DNA of 64,000 nucleotides. Origin: an uncultured Butyrivibrio sp. Lineage in GTDB: Bacteria > Bacillota > Clostridia > Lachnospirales > Lachnospiraceae. How positions within the stretch are numbered: position 1 is the first letter of the stretch; each line of letters starts with the position of its first letter. The stretch lies in contig CAMVLM010000001.1 of NCBI GenBank assembly GCA_947168335.1, positions 36,997-100,996 on the forward strand, given 5' to 3'. The notes beneath the pieces are model-generated. The model had not been told where the DNA came from, did not search any database, and was given only the letters and a program-made list of their open reading frames with translations. A program made the position numbers and the translations under genes. Shown piece by piece: positions 18,007-27,400 of the stretch.

Positions 18007-19686
18007 ATGTCTGCTGCAGCTACAAATCAGGTAATTAAATATACTTGGAAAGATGTAAATTCATCCATGGATTCCATGCGGGTTATGTTTGACCTGGTAC
18101 GTCTTGTTGATGCGGAAGAATGCAGAGAGGTTTTTGTAACCGACAGTGGTGAACTGACCTTTGGAAGGGAGTGTTATGCTGTCTGGAACTCTGACCACCG
18201 CTGCGTAAACTGCACAAGCTACAAGGCATGCCACACTCATCAGAAAAAGAGCCGCGTGGAGTATTTTGATGGAAAAAGTTATCAGATTCAGTCTGTTCCG
18301 ATTGAACTTACATTAAAAGATAATACGGATTACTCCTGTAATATGGAGCTTATTACTTTTACCGAGCTGGTTCCCGGAATTCAGACTCAGCAGGAAAAAG
18401 ATGAGCTTGAAACCAGCGGATATATTTCAACACATGACAACCTCACAGGAGTATTGAACTGGGATGGTTTTTGCAAAAGAGCGCGAAGTCTTCTTAGTGA
18501 ATATCATGATGATTATGTTATTGTCTCTGTAGATATTGATAATTTCAGATTCGTAAATTCACTTTTTGGAAACAGCACCGGTAATGAAGTATTGATTGGA
18601 ATATCCGGTATATTGAATGATATGTGTGACGAGAAAAGCACCTTCGGCAGATGCGGTGGTGTTAATTTCGCTATATGCAAATATCTGGATTGCGATATGG
18701 AGAAATGGATTGATGAAATAACAAATAAAATCTCTTCTCTGATTGATGTTCCTACTTTCCAGCTTTCCACGCATTTTGGTTTGTTTAAAGTAGAAAACAG
18801 AAATCTTCCAATATCAATAATGTACGACAGATCATATATGGCACTTGAGGATGTGCGTCTAAATAACAGTAAAGTCTTCGGATGGTTTAACGATTCTCTG
18901 ATGCAAAAAGCTCTTCATGAGCAGAGGGTCATATCTGATTTCAAAGCGAATCTTACAAGTGGTCAGTTTGTAATTTACCTTCAGCCTCAGGTTGATAAGG
19001 AAGGTAAAATCGAAGGAGCTGAATGTCTGGTCAGATGGATTCTTCCGGATGGCAAAGTCCTTCCTCCCTTTGAATTTATAGAGATTTTGGAACAGTCTAA
19101 TCTGATAGGATCCCTTGACCACTATGTCTGGGAGCTGGCAGCAAAACAGCTCTCTGCCTGGAAGGGAACCGTATATGAAGATTTGTATCTGTCGGTTAAT
19201 GTTTCACCTAAGGATTTTTATCATTTCGATATAGCTTCTGTTTTTCCTGAGTTATGTAAAAAGTATGATATCAATCCTGGTAAACTTCATGTGGAGATCA
19301 CCGAAACAGCAATCGCAGATGAGATGCAGAACAACATGGTTACCTTGGAAAAACTTCAGGAAGCAGGATTCATTGTTGAGATTGATGATTTTGGAAAGGG
19401 TTCTTCATCTCTTGGTCTTTTAAAAGATTTAAAAGCCGATGTTCTAAAGATTGACATGCGTTTTATTCAAAAGAGCGAAAATGATAAGAGAAGTAATGTT
19501 ATTTTGGAATCAGTCATCGATATGGCAAAACGCCTTAACATGGAGGTTATCTCAGAAGGTGTGGAGACACAGGATCAGCTGAATAATCTTACAAATCTCG
19601 GATGTGAGATTTTCCAGGGATTCTATTTCTCAAAACCTATTCCTGTGGCTGCATTCGAGAAGCTTGCTGCAGATTCAATAATTTGA
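18007..19686 (+). CDS. Cys-rich sensor / degenerate GGDEF / EAL c-di-GMP phosphodiesterase
   Basis: GGAG RBS before ATG 18007; GGVNF replaces GGDEF; ECLVRW, SVNVS, VEITE, IDDFGKG, KIDM, EGVE, QGF intact. Confidence 0.9.
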   Translation: MSAAATNQVIKYTWKDVNSSMDSMRVMFDLVRLVDAEECREVFVTDSGELTFGRECYAVWNSDHRCVNCTSYKACHTHQKKSRVEYFDGKSYQIQSVPIELTLKDNTDYSCNMELITFTELVPGIQTQQEKDELETSGYISTHDNLTGVLNWDGFCKRARSLLSEYHDDYVIVSVDIDNFRFVNSLFGNSTGNEVLIGISGILNDMCDEKSTFGRCGGVNFAICKYLDCDMEKWIDEITNKISSLIDVPTFQLSTHFGLFKVENRNLPISIMYDRSYMALEDVRLNNSKVFGWFNDSLMQKALHEQRVISDFKANLTSGQFVIYLQPQVDKEGKIEGAECLVRWILPDGKVLPPFEFIEILEQSNLIGSLDHYVWELAAKQLSAWKGTVYEDLYLSVNVSPKDFYHFDIASVFPELCKKYDINPGKLHVEITETAIADEMQNNMVTLEKLQEAGFIVEIDDFGKGSSSLGLLKDLKADVLKIDMRFIQKSENDKRSNVILESVIDMAKRLNMEVISEGVETQDQLNNLTNLGCEIFQGFYFSKPIPVAAFEKLAADSII

Positions 19687-19695
19687 TAAAAGTAC

Positions 19696-19731
19696 AAAAC
19701 CGGCACGATAACACACTATCATGCCGGTTTT
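19696..19731. terminator. Bidirectional terminator
   Basis: AAAACCGGCA-GATA...TATC-TGCCGGTTTT inverted repeat between convergent genes. Confidence 0.8.
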
Positions 19732-19759
19732 ATTTTTCTTTTATAATTGCAGAAATAAA

Positions 19760-22339
19760 TCACTTTCCTTTATAACAAATGATGTACTCGTTTTTCATAT
19801 CATTAAACAAAATAAAATTATCTTCAGAAAGATCGTAAATCTTTACCACATCCGTAAACTCATCTGATTCAATACTTAATTCTCCCGATATTTCCGGAAT
19901 ACTTTTTAAGGCATCTATGTTATACTCCTTCGTCTTTTCATTTTCGAAAATTGCATTGTAGAGAATCTGTGATTCCACAAGATCCTGGAAAAAGTGGCTT
20001 CCATATGACAGTTCTGGATTATAGCCAGCTTTGGAATCAGCAATTTCGCAGATGGCATCAAATTCACTGATATCTGAGAAATCAGTAGGAACTCCCAGCT
20101 CCGGAGATGATGTTCCAATTCTGCCCGGAGCCATAAGAAGCATGTGTTTACCTTTATTTCTCATCTGCCAGTTAACCTTGCCTATAACCTGTGCTACCTT
20201 ATATTTCATCTGATATGGCATGTTGTAATATTTTTCAGGATCAATGTAAACAATAATATCCAGCTTGATATTTCTTGAAACTCCCATCGCAGAATTCTTG
20301 CATTCAAAAAGTATATCAGATTCGGAGATATTTTTCGGAGCATCCATATTGCTTTCATCTGCAAAAACCTGTAAAGGTCTGCACTGAAGCATATTTATAA
20401 CATAATCATCATTCTCAGATAGATTTATTGTAAATTCTGTATCCACAGGATAGTTATATTCATCCTGAATCGTTCTGAGAATTGTCTGCAAATCTTTCAT
20501 GAGACTCTCTTTTCTTACCAGTCCCTGACATGAGATAAATTCAATATTTCTGTCCTCTCCCCTGTCTCTGAACATTCTTTCAGTATCAAAGTCATGTTCA
20601 AGCAAAACTCTGCGAATATATCCCGGTAACAGATTATAGATTTTTTCCAGATTGACCTGCTCAAGTTTTCTTTCACTTCGATTTATAAGTTCAAGTTTTT
20701 TCTGTGAATATTTATGTTTTTCCACTGAATTAGTCGCAGTGGTTGCAGTTGGATTTCCTAGATTTACTATTCTGGGATAAGAACCTTCGGTTCTGTCAAC
20801 AGCTGATGTTCCAAGTCCCATTACAAGCCTTAACATTCCAGCTTCAGGATCAAGTGATTCCATAAATCTGTACGGACTGTAGGAATAGCCTACACCTGCA
20901 GCGCACGGCATATAAAACTCACCATAATATGAACCGGAGACTCTCTGAATTAGCAGAGCCATCTGCTCATCTCTTGCCTGAAGTCCTCTTCTGCTTCTAT
21001 AATCAAGAGCTGACTTACTCATGGTACTCGCATAAACAGTACGGATCGCCTCCTCAAGTTCAACGAGTCTTTGATCCATGCTTCCTGAATTTGAACAGAA
21101 CACCGATTCATACTTTCCCGCAAATGCATTTCCAAATCCATCTTCCAAAATTGAACTGGATCTTACAATTATCGGGTCCTGACCATAATACTCAAGAAGC
21201 CTGACAAACTGTTCCTCCATATCTCTTGAAAAAACACCTTCATGAAGTTTTTGGGCAAACTCTTCCGCAATTGAGAAAAATTCTTCTTTACTTCTCTGTC
21301 TTATTCGGAGATCCCAAAACCTGTTTTCCACAATAAATGAATAGAATACATCTGATCCAACATAGAATGAATCATGGGGTTCAAGTTTTTCATAAATATC
21401 CGGTGCCTTGTTTTCAATGATTTTTCTGGAAAGAAGCATACCACAGGCTTTTCCCCCAATCATTCCTGTTCCGATCATTCTGTTTTTTACAGAAAAATAA
21501 TCTTCCGGTTTGAAATTGCGTTTGATCATCTCACGCATTTTTTCATCACGGGTCATCATGATATTGCACATTCGACTGCAGGCTTCTGTTACATCTACTC
21601 CATTAGAGTTCAACAATTGAGTCTGTGAGAAAAATCTGTCCCAACTGTCCATATTTTCTCTGTCACTGGATGCAGAATTCTTCGCAAGAATCTGATAGAA
21701 ATGGCTGGCCATTACTCCATCAAGAATTGGTTTGAATGTCCCACTCTCCGGTTCATAAACATGTGGAAGAAACATTGTCTCTGAATATCTGTTCCAGATT
21801 TTGTCAGGCCTTACATATATTTTGTCTTTATCCGAGTAAACATCCAAAAACAACTGAGTAGTGTCACGTATTTTTGCAATTGCCTGAAATGAATGATTAC
21901 CTCTGATAAGCGGAAAAAATGCAACCGTATCAAGAATAAATAAATATGGACATGTCACCTGAAAAAAGTTACCCATCATAAGATCAGTTGCCCATGCTGT
22001 TTGTAGTTCAGACAGGCAGTCAAAAACATAGAAGGCTTCTCTTCCTTCTTTTCTTATGATTTCATGTATTTCAACAGTGAAGTTTTCAAATCTGTGATTC
22101 AGTTCAACATTTATAATCTTTACTCCATCCTGTTCTTTTACCAAAGGCTCATGGGAAGCAAATCTTATATAAATCAGATTTCTTTTATCTTTTATTGCCT
22201 GTTGTACATATGGATCAACAAAGTATTTGAATTCATCAAGATTATCAACTCTCCAAACTACATTATCTCCAAGTCTTATGTTATCGAAATTTGTATCCAT
22301 CTGTGGAATTCCGGATTGTACTCTGTCAAATGCTGCCAT
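19760..22339 (-). CDS. PEP/pyruvate-binding (PPDK_N ATP-grasp) domain protein with N-terminal RecA/KaiC-like domain
   Basis: GGAGG RBS; IGGKACG, IVRSSSILEDGFGNAFAGKYES, DTEF, LQCRP; N-terminal RVQSGIPQMD. Confidence 0.85.
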   Translation of the reverse strand: MAAFDRVQSGIPQMDTNFDNIRLGDNVVWRVDNLDEFKYFVDPYVQQAIKDKRNLIYIRFASHEPLVKEQDGVKIINVELNHRFENFTVEIHEIIRKEGREAFYVFDCLSELQTAWATDLMMGNFFQVTCPYLFILDTVAFFPLIRGNHSFQAIAKIRDTTQLFLDVYSDKDKIYVRPDKIWNRYSETMFLPHVYEPESGTFKPILDGVMASHFYQILAKNSASSDRENMDSWDRFFSQTQLLNSNGVDVTEACSRMCNIMMTRDEKMREMIKRNFKPEDYFSVKNRMIGTGMIGGKACGMLLSRKIIENKAPDIYEKLEPHDSFYVGSDVFYSFIVENRFWDLRIRQRSKEEFFSIAEEFAQKLHEGVFSRDMEEQFVRLLEYYGQDPIIVRSSSILEDGFGNAFAGKYESVFCSNSGSMDQRLVELEEAIRTVYASTMSKSALDYRSRRGLQARDEQMALLIQRVSGSYYGEFYMPCAAGVGYSYSPYRFMESLDPEAGMLRLVMGLGTSAVDRTEGSYPRIVNLGNPTATTATNSVEKHKYSQKKLELINRSERKLEQVNLEKIYNLLPGYIRRVLLEHDFDTERMFRDRGEDRNIEFISCQGLVRKESLMKDLQTILRTIQDEYNYPVDTEFTINLSENDDYVINMLQCRPLQVFADESNMDAPKNISESDILFECKNSAMGVSRNIKLDIIVYIDPEKYYNMPYQMKYKVAQVIGKVNWQMRNKGKHMLLMAPGRIGTSSPELGVPTDFSDISEFDAICEIADSKAGYNPELSYGSHFFQDLVESQILYNAIFENEKTKEYNIDALKSIPEISGELSIESDEFTDVVKIYDLSEDNFILFNDMKNEYIICYKGK

Positions 22340-22371
22340 TGTGTACCTCCCTTCAGACAAAAATATAATTG

Positions 22372-22427
22372 AAAAAGGCGCTCGACAATAAGTCGAAACG
22401 CCTTTGTTTACTAATATTATTTTAGCA
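22372..22427 (-). promoter_or_regulatory. Leader terminator overlapped by ANTAR-like hairpin (attenuator)
   Basis: TGcTAAAAT extended -10, then AAAC-AAAGGC-GTTT hairpin (A1/G4 hexaloop) overlapping terminator AAAGGCG..TCGAC/GTCGA..CGCCTTTTT. Confidence 0.6.
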
Positions 22428-22500
22428 AATAAAAATCAATTTTAAAATAACAACAAAAAGTCCGAATTATCAGATTCATGATGTGGTAATAATTTTAGAC

Positions 22501-22531
22501 AAAAAAAGAAATGCGATATAATCGCACTTCT
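22501..22531 (-). terminator. Terminator after tRNA-Arg
   Basis: AGAAGTGCGAT-TAT-ATCGCATTTCT followed by T-run on the minus strand. Confidence 0.75.
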
Positions 22532-22534
22532 CAA

Positions 22535-22608
22535 CGTTCCCGATGTGATTCGAACACACGACCTTCCGCTTAGGAGGCGGACGCTCTATCCAGCTGAGCT
22601 ACGAGAAC
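22535..22608 (-). tRNA. tRNA-Arg (anticodon CCT); CCA not encoded
   Basis: GTTCTCG/CGGGAAC acceptor stem, AGCTCAGCTGGATAGAGC D-arm, TCCGC-CTCCTAA-GCGGA anticodon arm, GTTCGAAT T-loop. Confidence 0.96.
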
Positions 22609-22643
22609 AAATATGATGACCTGCTGTTGCAGGCGACTTACAT

Positions 22644-22672
22644 ATTTTATCACAGAGGATAGATCAGTTCAA
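22644..22672 (-). promoter_or_regulatory. SigA promoter of the tRNA
   Basis: TTGAAC-N17-TAAAAT with TG extension. Confidence 0.6.
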
Positions 22673-23554
22673 CTGATCGGGATAATTTACAAATCCCTGC
22701 ATCCAGATAGTTCCTTTAAATCTTCTACCCGGAAGAGGTTCACCTAAAAGGTCTTTTCTGTTAATGCAGACATCAAAAATCAGTTCATTACAATTAACAG
22801 TCATGATGACAATCTTCTGACCGGTAATTTTGTTAATCTCTTCTCTGCACTCTTCAATCTCACCCATGATAGAATACTGATCACACTCAACACCATAAGG
22901 CATAAAGTAATTATCAATAAGAGTGTAGATATCTGAAGTTCTGATTTTTTTAGAGATGGCACTATAGGTATCCATATCTTCCATGGATAAAGTTTCTAAA
23001 GCGTTTTCATCTCCTTTTCTCGCCTTGTGCATCAGCTTCTCTCTTGCACCTGCTCTCTTCTTGGCAAAAGATTTATCACTGTCTGTCTTGGCAATAGGCA
23101 TCATCACCACTCCATTTAATGAAAGAGCTGACAATGTCAGAGTTGTTCCTTTTATAGGAAATCTGTTTTCATTCTGAATCTTGATATAGGGAATCATGTT
23201 CTGCATATAAAAGATCAGAGTTACTCCAACCCTTAAATCATCGCAGACTCCGGCATAGGATTCTTTGGCCGCATGCCTGGAGACAGTGATGTCTTCCTCA
23301 GTAGTTATTCCATTTCCTCTGATATAAGGATAATAATAATCATAAAGGAATTTATCCTGTTCATTAAATTCCCCACATACACAGATTCCAATTCCGTCGG
23401 CGAAATCCTTGCAAAATTCGCCTATGAGTTTTTCTCCATCTTTTGTTACATAAGATCTGGTATCTGCCTGCTGAACAGTCATAGCTATAAGATTCTGTAT
23501 TTCTTCACGATTGTTCAGATTTTCAAAACCTATTGCTCTTAAGTAATTATGCAT
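22664..23554 (-). CDS. DUF3881 family protein
   Basis: MHNYLRAIGF start with AAAGGAGG RBS; FMPYGVECDQYS, GEPLPGRRFKGTIWMQG. Confidence 0.82.
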   Translation of the reverse strand: MHNYLRAIGFENLNNREEIQNLIAMTVQQADTRSYVTKDGEKLIGEFCKDFADGIGICVCGEFNEQDKFLYDYYYPYIRGNGITTEEDITVSRHAAKESYAGVCDDLRVGVTLIFYMQNMIPYIKIQNENRFPIKGTTLTLSALSLNGVVMMPIAKTDSDKSFAKKRAGAREKLMHKARKGDENALETLSMEDMDTYSAISKKIRTSDIYTLIDNYFMPYGVECDQYSIMGEIEECREEINKITGQKIVIMTVNCNELIFDVCINRKDLLGEPLPGRRFKGTIWMQGFVNYPDQLN

Positions 23555-23590
23555 GGATTTCACCTCCTTTCATTTTTTCTTCAGAAAAAA

Positions 23591-24877
23591 TTATTTTACC
23601 GGAATCATCTTTTCTTTTCCGCCCATGTAAGGTCTGAGTGCTACCGGAATATTTACAGATCCGTCCTCGTTGAGATTGTTCTCAAGGAATGCAATAAGCA
23701 TACGAGGCGGAGCAACAACTGTATTGTTAAGTGTGTGAGCAAGATAATTTCCATCCTTACCCTTGATTCTGATCTTAAGTCTTCTTGCCTGAGCATCTCC
23801 AAGGTTAGAGCAGCTACCAACTTCGAAGTACTTCTTCTGTCTGGGTGACCATGCTTCTACATCACATGACTTGCACTTAAGATCAGCGAGGTCTCCTGAA
23901 CAGCACTCAAGAGTACGAACAGGAATATCCATTGAACGGAAAAGATCAACAGTGTTCTGCCAAAGCTTGTCATACCACTTCTTTGAATCTTCGGGTTTAC
24001 ATACAACAATCATCTCCTGCTTTTCAAACTGATGAATTCTGTAAACACCTCTCTCTTCAATACCATGAGCACCCTTCTCTTTTCTGAAGCAGGGTGAATA
24101 ACTTGTAAGTGTCTGAGGAAGTTCTTCTTCCTGAATAATCTGCTCTTTGAACTTACCGATCATGGAATGCTCACTTGTACCGATAAGATAGAGATCTTCT
24201 CCCTCAATCTTGTACATCATTGCTTCCATTTCAGGGAAACTCATAACTCCTTCAACAACATTTCCATGAATCATGAAAGGAGGAACACAGTATGTAAATC
24301 CTCTGTCAATCATGAAGTCTCTTGCATAAGAAATTACAGCAGAGTGAAGTCTTGCGATATCACCCATGAGATAATAGAAGCCATTTCCTGCAACTCTTCT
24401 TGCTGCATCAAAATCAACTCCGTTAAATCTCTCCATTATATCTGTGTGATAGGGAATTTCAAAATCGGGAACAAAAGGCTCACCGAATTTTTCGATTTCA
24501 ACATTTTCTGAATCATCTTTTCCAATCGGAACTGTTTCGTCAATGATCTGAGGAATTACCATCATGATCTTCATAACTTTCTCATCAACGACCTTCTGAT
24601 TCTCTTCAAGTTCTGCAAGACGCTTTGCATCGGCAGCTACTTCAGCCTTCTTTGCTTCAGCTTCTTCCTTCTTACCCTGAGCCATAAGAGCTCCGATTTC
24701 CTTTGAAATCTTGTTACGGTTTGCTCTAAGCTCATCAGCTTCCTGCTGATTTGTTCTTCTCTCGTTATCAAGTTCAATAACTTCATCAACAAGCGGAAGC
24801 TTCTCATCCTGGAATTTTTTCTTAATGTTTTCCTTTACTACGTCCGGATTTTCTCTTAGAAATCTGATATCTATCAT
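23591..24877 (-). CDS. serS: Seryl-tRNA synthetase
   Basis: N-terminal coiled coil, GTSE, FRKEKGAHG...RIHQFEK, EVGSCSN, HTLNNT. Confidence 0.97.
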   Translation of the reverse strand: MIDIRFLRENPDVVKENIKKKFQDEKLPLVDEVIELDNERRTNQQEADELRANRNKISKEIGALMAQGKKEEAEAKKAEVAADAKRLAELEENQKVVDEKVMKIMMVIPQIIDETVPIGKDDSENVEIEKFGEPFVPDFEIPYHTDIMERFNGVDFDAARRVAGNGFYYLMGDIARLHSAVISYARDFMIDRGFTYCVPPFMIHGNVVEGVMSFPEMEAMMYKIEGEDLYLIGTSEHSMIGKFKEQIIQEEELPQTLTSYSPCFRKEKGAHGIEERGVYRIHQFEKQEMIVVCKPEDSKKWYDKLWQNTVDLFRSMDIPVRTLECCSGDLADLKCKSCDVEAWSPRQKKYFEVGSCSNLGDAQARRLKIRIKGKDGNYLAHTLNNTVVAPPRMLIAFLENNLNEDGSVNIPVALRPYMGGKEKMIPVK

Positions 24878-24895
24878 TTTCTCATCCCCTTTATT

Positions 24896-25408
24896 TTAAT
24901 TAAGATAATTAATTGCCTCATCAAGTGCCTGCTGCTCTTCTTCACCAAGTTCAAGAGCACATGTTCCATTTTTTATTTCCTTGGAATATGTATAGTTGCC
25001 ATCTGAACTGTGAACAGAGTTTAAAATAAATCCATTGTTGTCCTCATCAAGAAGTGCAAGTGAATAACTTAGTTTTCCACCCATCTGATTGAATGCATCA
25101 TATTTTACTATACCAATCTTCTGAAAGCAAAGGGCAAGTCGATTATATAAATCATTTATGCTTTTACGGTTTTTTTCTGTCTCTATTTTGATAAACTTAT
25201 TATCCTCAAATAAAGCAACTATTTCATCCTCAAGGGATGCTGCATCCTTACCCTTCATAAATTTAGATATCTGATGCTTAATTTCTTTTATTTTCTTATT
25301 CTGAGCTAATATCAATACAAGAAGTACAATTATTATAATTAAAAGTACGATCAAAATATAAGCTATATCAATATTAAGTCCCAATGAATTAAACAAATTA
25401 CTATTCAT
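24896..25408 (-). CDS. DUF4446 family membrane-anchored protein
   Basis: N-terminal TM, KYDAFNQMGGKLSYSLALLD, typical position downstream of parB. Confidence 0.8.
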   Translation of the reverse strand: MNSNLFNSLGLNIDIAYILIVLLIIIIVLLVLILAQNKKIKEIKHQISKFMKGKDAASLEDEIVALFEDNKFIKIETEKNRKSINDLYNRLALCFQKIGIVKYDAFNQMGGKLSYSLALLDEDNNGFILNSVHSSDGNYTYSKEIKNGTCALELGEEEQQALDEAINYLN

Positions 25409-25438
25409 CTGAATCTCCGCAAGTATTTATTTTTGTTT

Positions 25439-26338
25439 TTATCTGTATAATCTCTCTGTTATCTTTTCAAGATCATCAGTATTGTAAAACTCTATCTCGA
25501 TTTTTCCAGCTCCGTCACCTTTGGAAATAATTTCAACCTTGGTTCCGATTGCCTGCTTACATTTCTCTTCAAGTTCTCTGTAAGCTGACTCGACACTTTC
25601 GTTTTTCTTAATTGTATTCTTCTTTTTCTTTTCAGGCTTACCAAGATTTTTAACAAGCTTTTCAGTATCGCGGACACTCATCTTCTTATCAAAAATCTCT
25701 TCTGCAATCTGAAGCTGTTCCTGAGGATTTTCAATTGAGATCAGTGCTCTTGCATGTCCTGTACTAAGTTTACCATCAATAACCATCTGTCTTACATCTT
25801 CACATAATTTAAGAAGACGGAGAGAGTTAGTAATTGCTACTCTGCTCTTAGAAACTTTTTCAGCTACAATGTCCTGAGTATATCCGAAATCATCTATGAG
25901 TTTCTTATATGCAAGTGCCTCATCAATAGGATTGAGATCATCTCTCTGAATATTGTCGATAAGAGCATACTCAGCTATCTCTTCTTCTGTAAGATTTTTA
26001 ATAATTACAGGAACTTCTTTAAGTCCTGCTTTTTTGGCTGCACGCCATCTTCTCTCACCACCGATTATTTCATAGTGGTCTTTTCTATCCTGAACAATAA
26101 GAGGATTGATAATACCATGCTGCTTAATTGATTCTGAAAGTTCAATAAGCTTATCCTCATCAAATGTTTTTCTGGGCTGGTCTCTGTTGGGTTCAACCTT
26201 TGTAATATTTACGATTGAAACCTGACCCTCTTCCGGAGTATCGTTTTTTGATTCGCTGCTTTTGGATGTCTTTGGAGCAGGAGCTATAAGAGCATCAAGT
26301 CCTTTTCCCAATCCATGCATTCCTTTTTTCGGAGCCAT
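25439..26338 (-). CDS. parB: Chromosome partitioning protein ParB/Spo0J
   Basis: GLGKGLDALI, QPRKTF, GERRWRA CTPase box, HTH SRVAITNSLRLL, GHARAL. Confidence 0.96.
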   Translation of the reverse strand: MAPKKGMHGLGKGLDALIAPAPKTSKSSESKNDTPEEGQVSIVNITKVEPNRDQPRKTFDEDKLIELSESIKQHGIINPLIVQDRKDHYEIIGGERRWRAAKKAGLKEVPVIIKNLTEEEIAEYALIDNIQRDDLNPIDEALAYKKLIDDFGYTQDIVAEKVSKSRVAITNSLRLLKLCEDVRQMVIDGKLSTGHARALISIENPQEQLQIAEEIFDKKMSVRDTEKLVKNLGKPEKKKKNTIKKNESVESAYRELEEKCKQAIGTKVEIISKGDGAGKIEIEFYNTDDLEKITERLYR

Positions 26339-26365
26339 AATTACCTCTTTCCATATTTAGTATAA

Positions 26366-26381
26366 TGTTTCACGTGAAACA
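26366..26381. promoter_or_regulatory. parS site
   Basis: TGTTTCACGTGAAACA perfect palindrome. Confidence 0.93.
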
Positions 26382-26398
26382 CTAATAGTTGTATTTTA

Positions 26399-27163
26399 TC
26401 AGAACTTTCTTCCAATTACTTCATCAGCAAGCAATCTATATGCTTCAGCACCTGATGATTTGGAATCATATAAGTTGATTGGAATACCATAACTGGGTGC
26501 TTCTGCTAATCTGATGTTTCTGGGAATAATTGTTTTGTAAACATTCTCATTGATGTGGTCTTTTACATTTTCAACGACCTGCATTGAAAGATTTGTCCTG
26601 GAATCATACATGGTAAATATAACTCCTTCCATCTCAAGGTCATTATTCAATCTTTCTTTTACCAGATTTACAGTATGAACTAACTGGCTAAGTCCTTCAA
26701 GTGCATAATACTCACACTGGATTGGGACAAGAACTGTATTAGCAGTTGTCATCGCATTGATTGTAAGCATACTAAGTGAAGGCGGGCAATCAATTATTAT
26801 GAAATCATAATTGTCACGAATAGTCTCCACTGAATTCTTTAATACATATTCCTTATTTTCAATATCGAGAAGTTCAATCTCTACTGCAGCAAGATTTACA
26901 TTTGAAGGAATAATGTCTACACCTTCCACTACATCTTTGCAAAGTGCTTCTTCGACATTACATTGTCCAATCAGTAATTCATATATTGTGTTTTCTAATT
27001 GATTCTTATTCAGACCAAATCCACTTGTTGTATTACCCTGAGGATCCGTATCAATTACCAGAACTTTTTTACCTTTTTCTGCAAGAGTAGCAGACAGGTT
27101 TATAGATGTGGTAGTTTTTCCAACGCCACCTTTTTGATTTGCAATTGCTATTGCTCTACCCAT
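26399..27163 (-). CDS. parA: ParA/Soj ATPase
   Basis: NQKGGVGKTT deviant Walker A, DPQGN, DCPPSL, QCEYYALEGL, LAEAPS. Confidence 0.96.
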   Translation of the reverse strand: MGRAIAIANQKGGVGKTTTSINLSATLAEKGKKVLVIDTDPQGNTTSGFGLNKNQLENTIYELLIGQCNVEEALCKDVVEGVDIIPSNVNLAAVEIELLDIENKEYVLKNSVETIRDNYDFIIIDCPPSLSMLTINAMTTANTVLVPIQCEYYALEGLSQLVHTVNLVKERLNNDLEMEGVIFTMYDSRTNLSMQVVENVKDHINENVYKTIIPRNIRLAEAPSYGIPINLYDSKSSGAEAYRLLADEVIGRKF

Positions 27164-27311
27164 TTTTTCTCTCCCTCTTAGATTTTTCGACTCAATTACG
27201 TATTATATCACAATTCTATAAAATATCTCTTGGCAAATTGTTTAAAAATATTAATCAAATCAAGTGATATTAATGTTTCACGCGGATGAATTACTATATA
27301 TTGGGTTAAAA

Positions 27312-27327
27312 TGTTTCACGTGAAACA
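27312..27327. promoter_or_regulatory. parS site
   Basis: TGTTTCACGTGAAACA. Confidence 0.93.
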
Positions 27328-27359
27328 ATTTCTTGTGAAAAATAATTTTCAAATTGTAA

Positions 27360-27375
27360 TGTTTCACGTGAAACT
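27360..27375. promoter_or_regulatory. parS site (1 mismatch)
   Basis: TGTTTCACGTGAAACT. Confidence 0.88.
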
Positions 27376-27400
27376 TTTATTTTGTTTTATAAAAATATAT

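Noticed and set aside
22535..22608. tRNA-Arg as integration site of an island
   Set aside because: No integrase and no duplicated tRNA 3' end seen in the window
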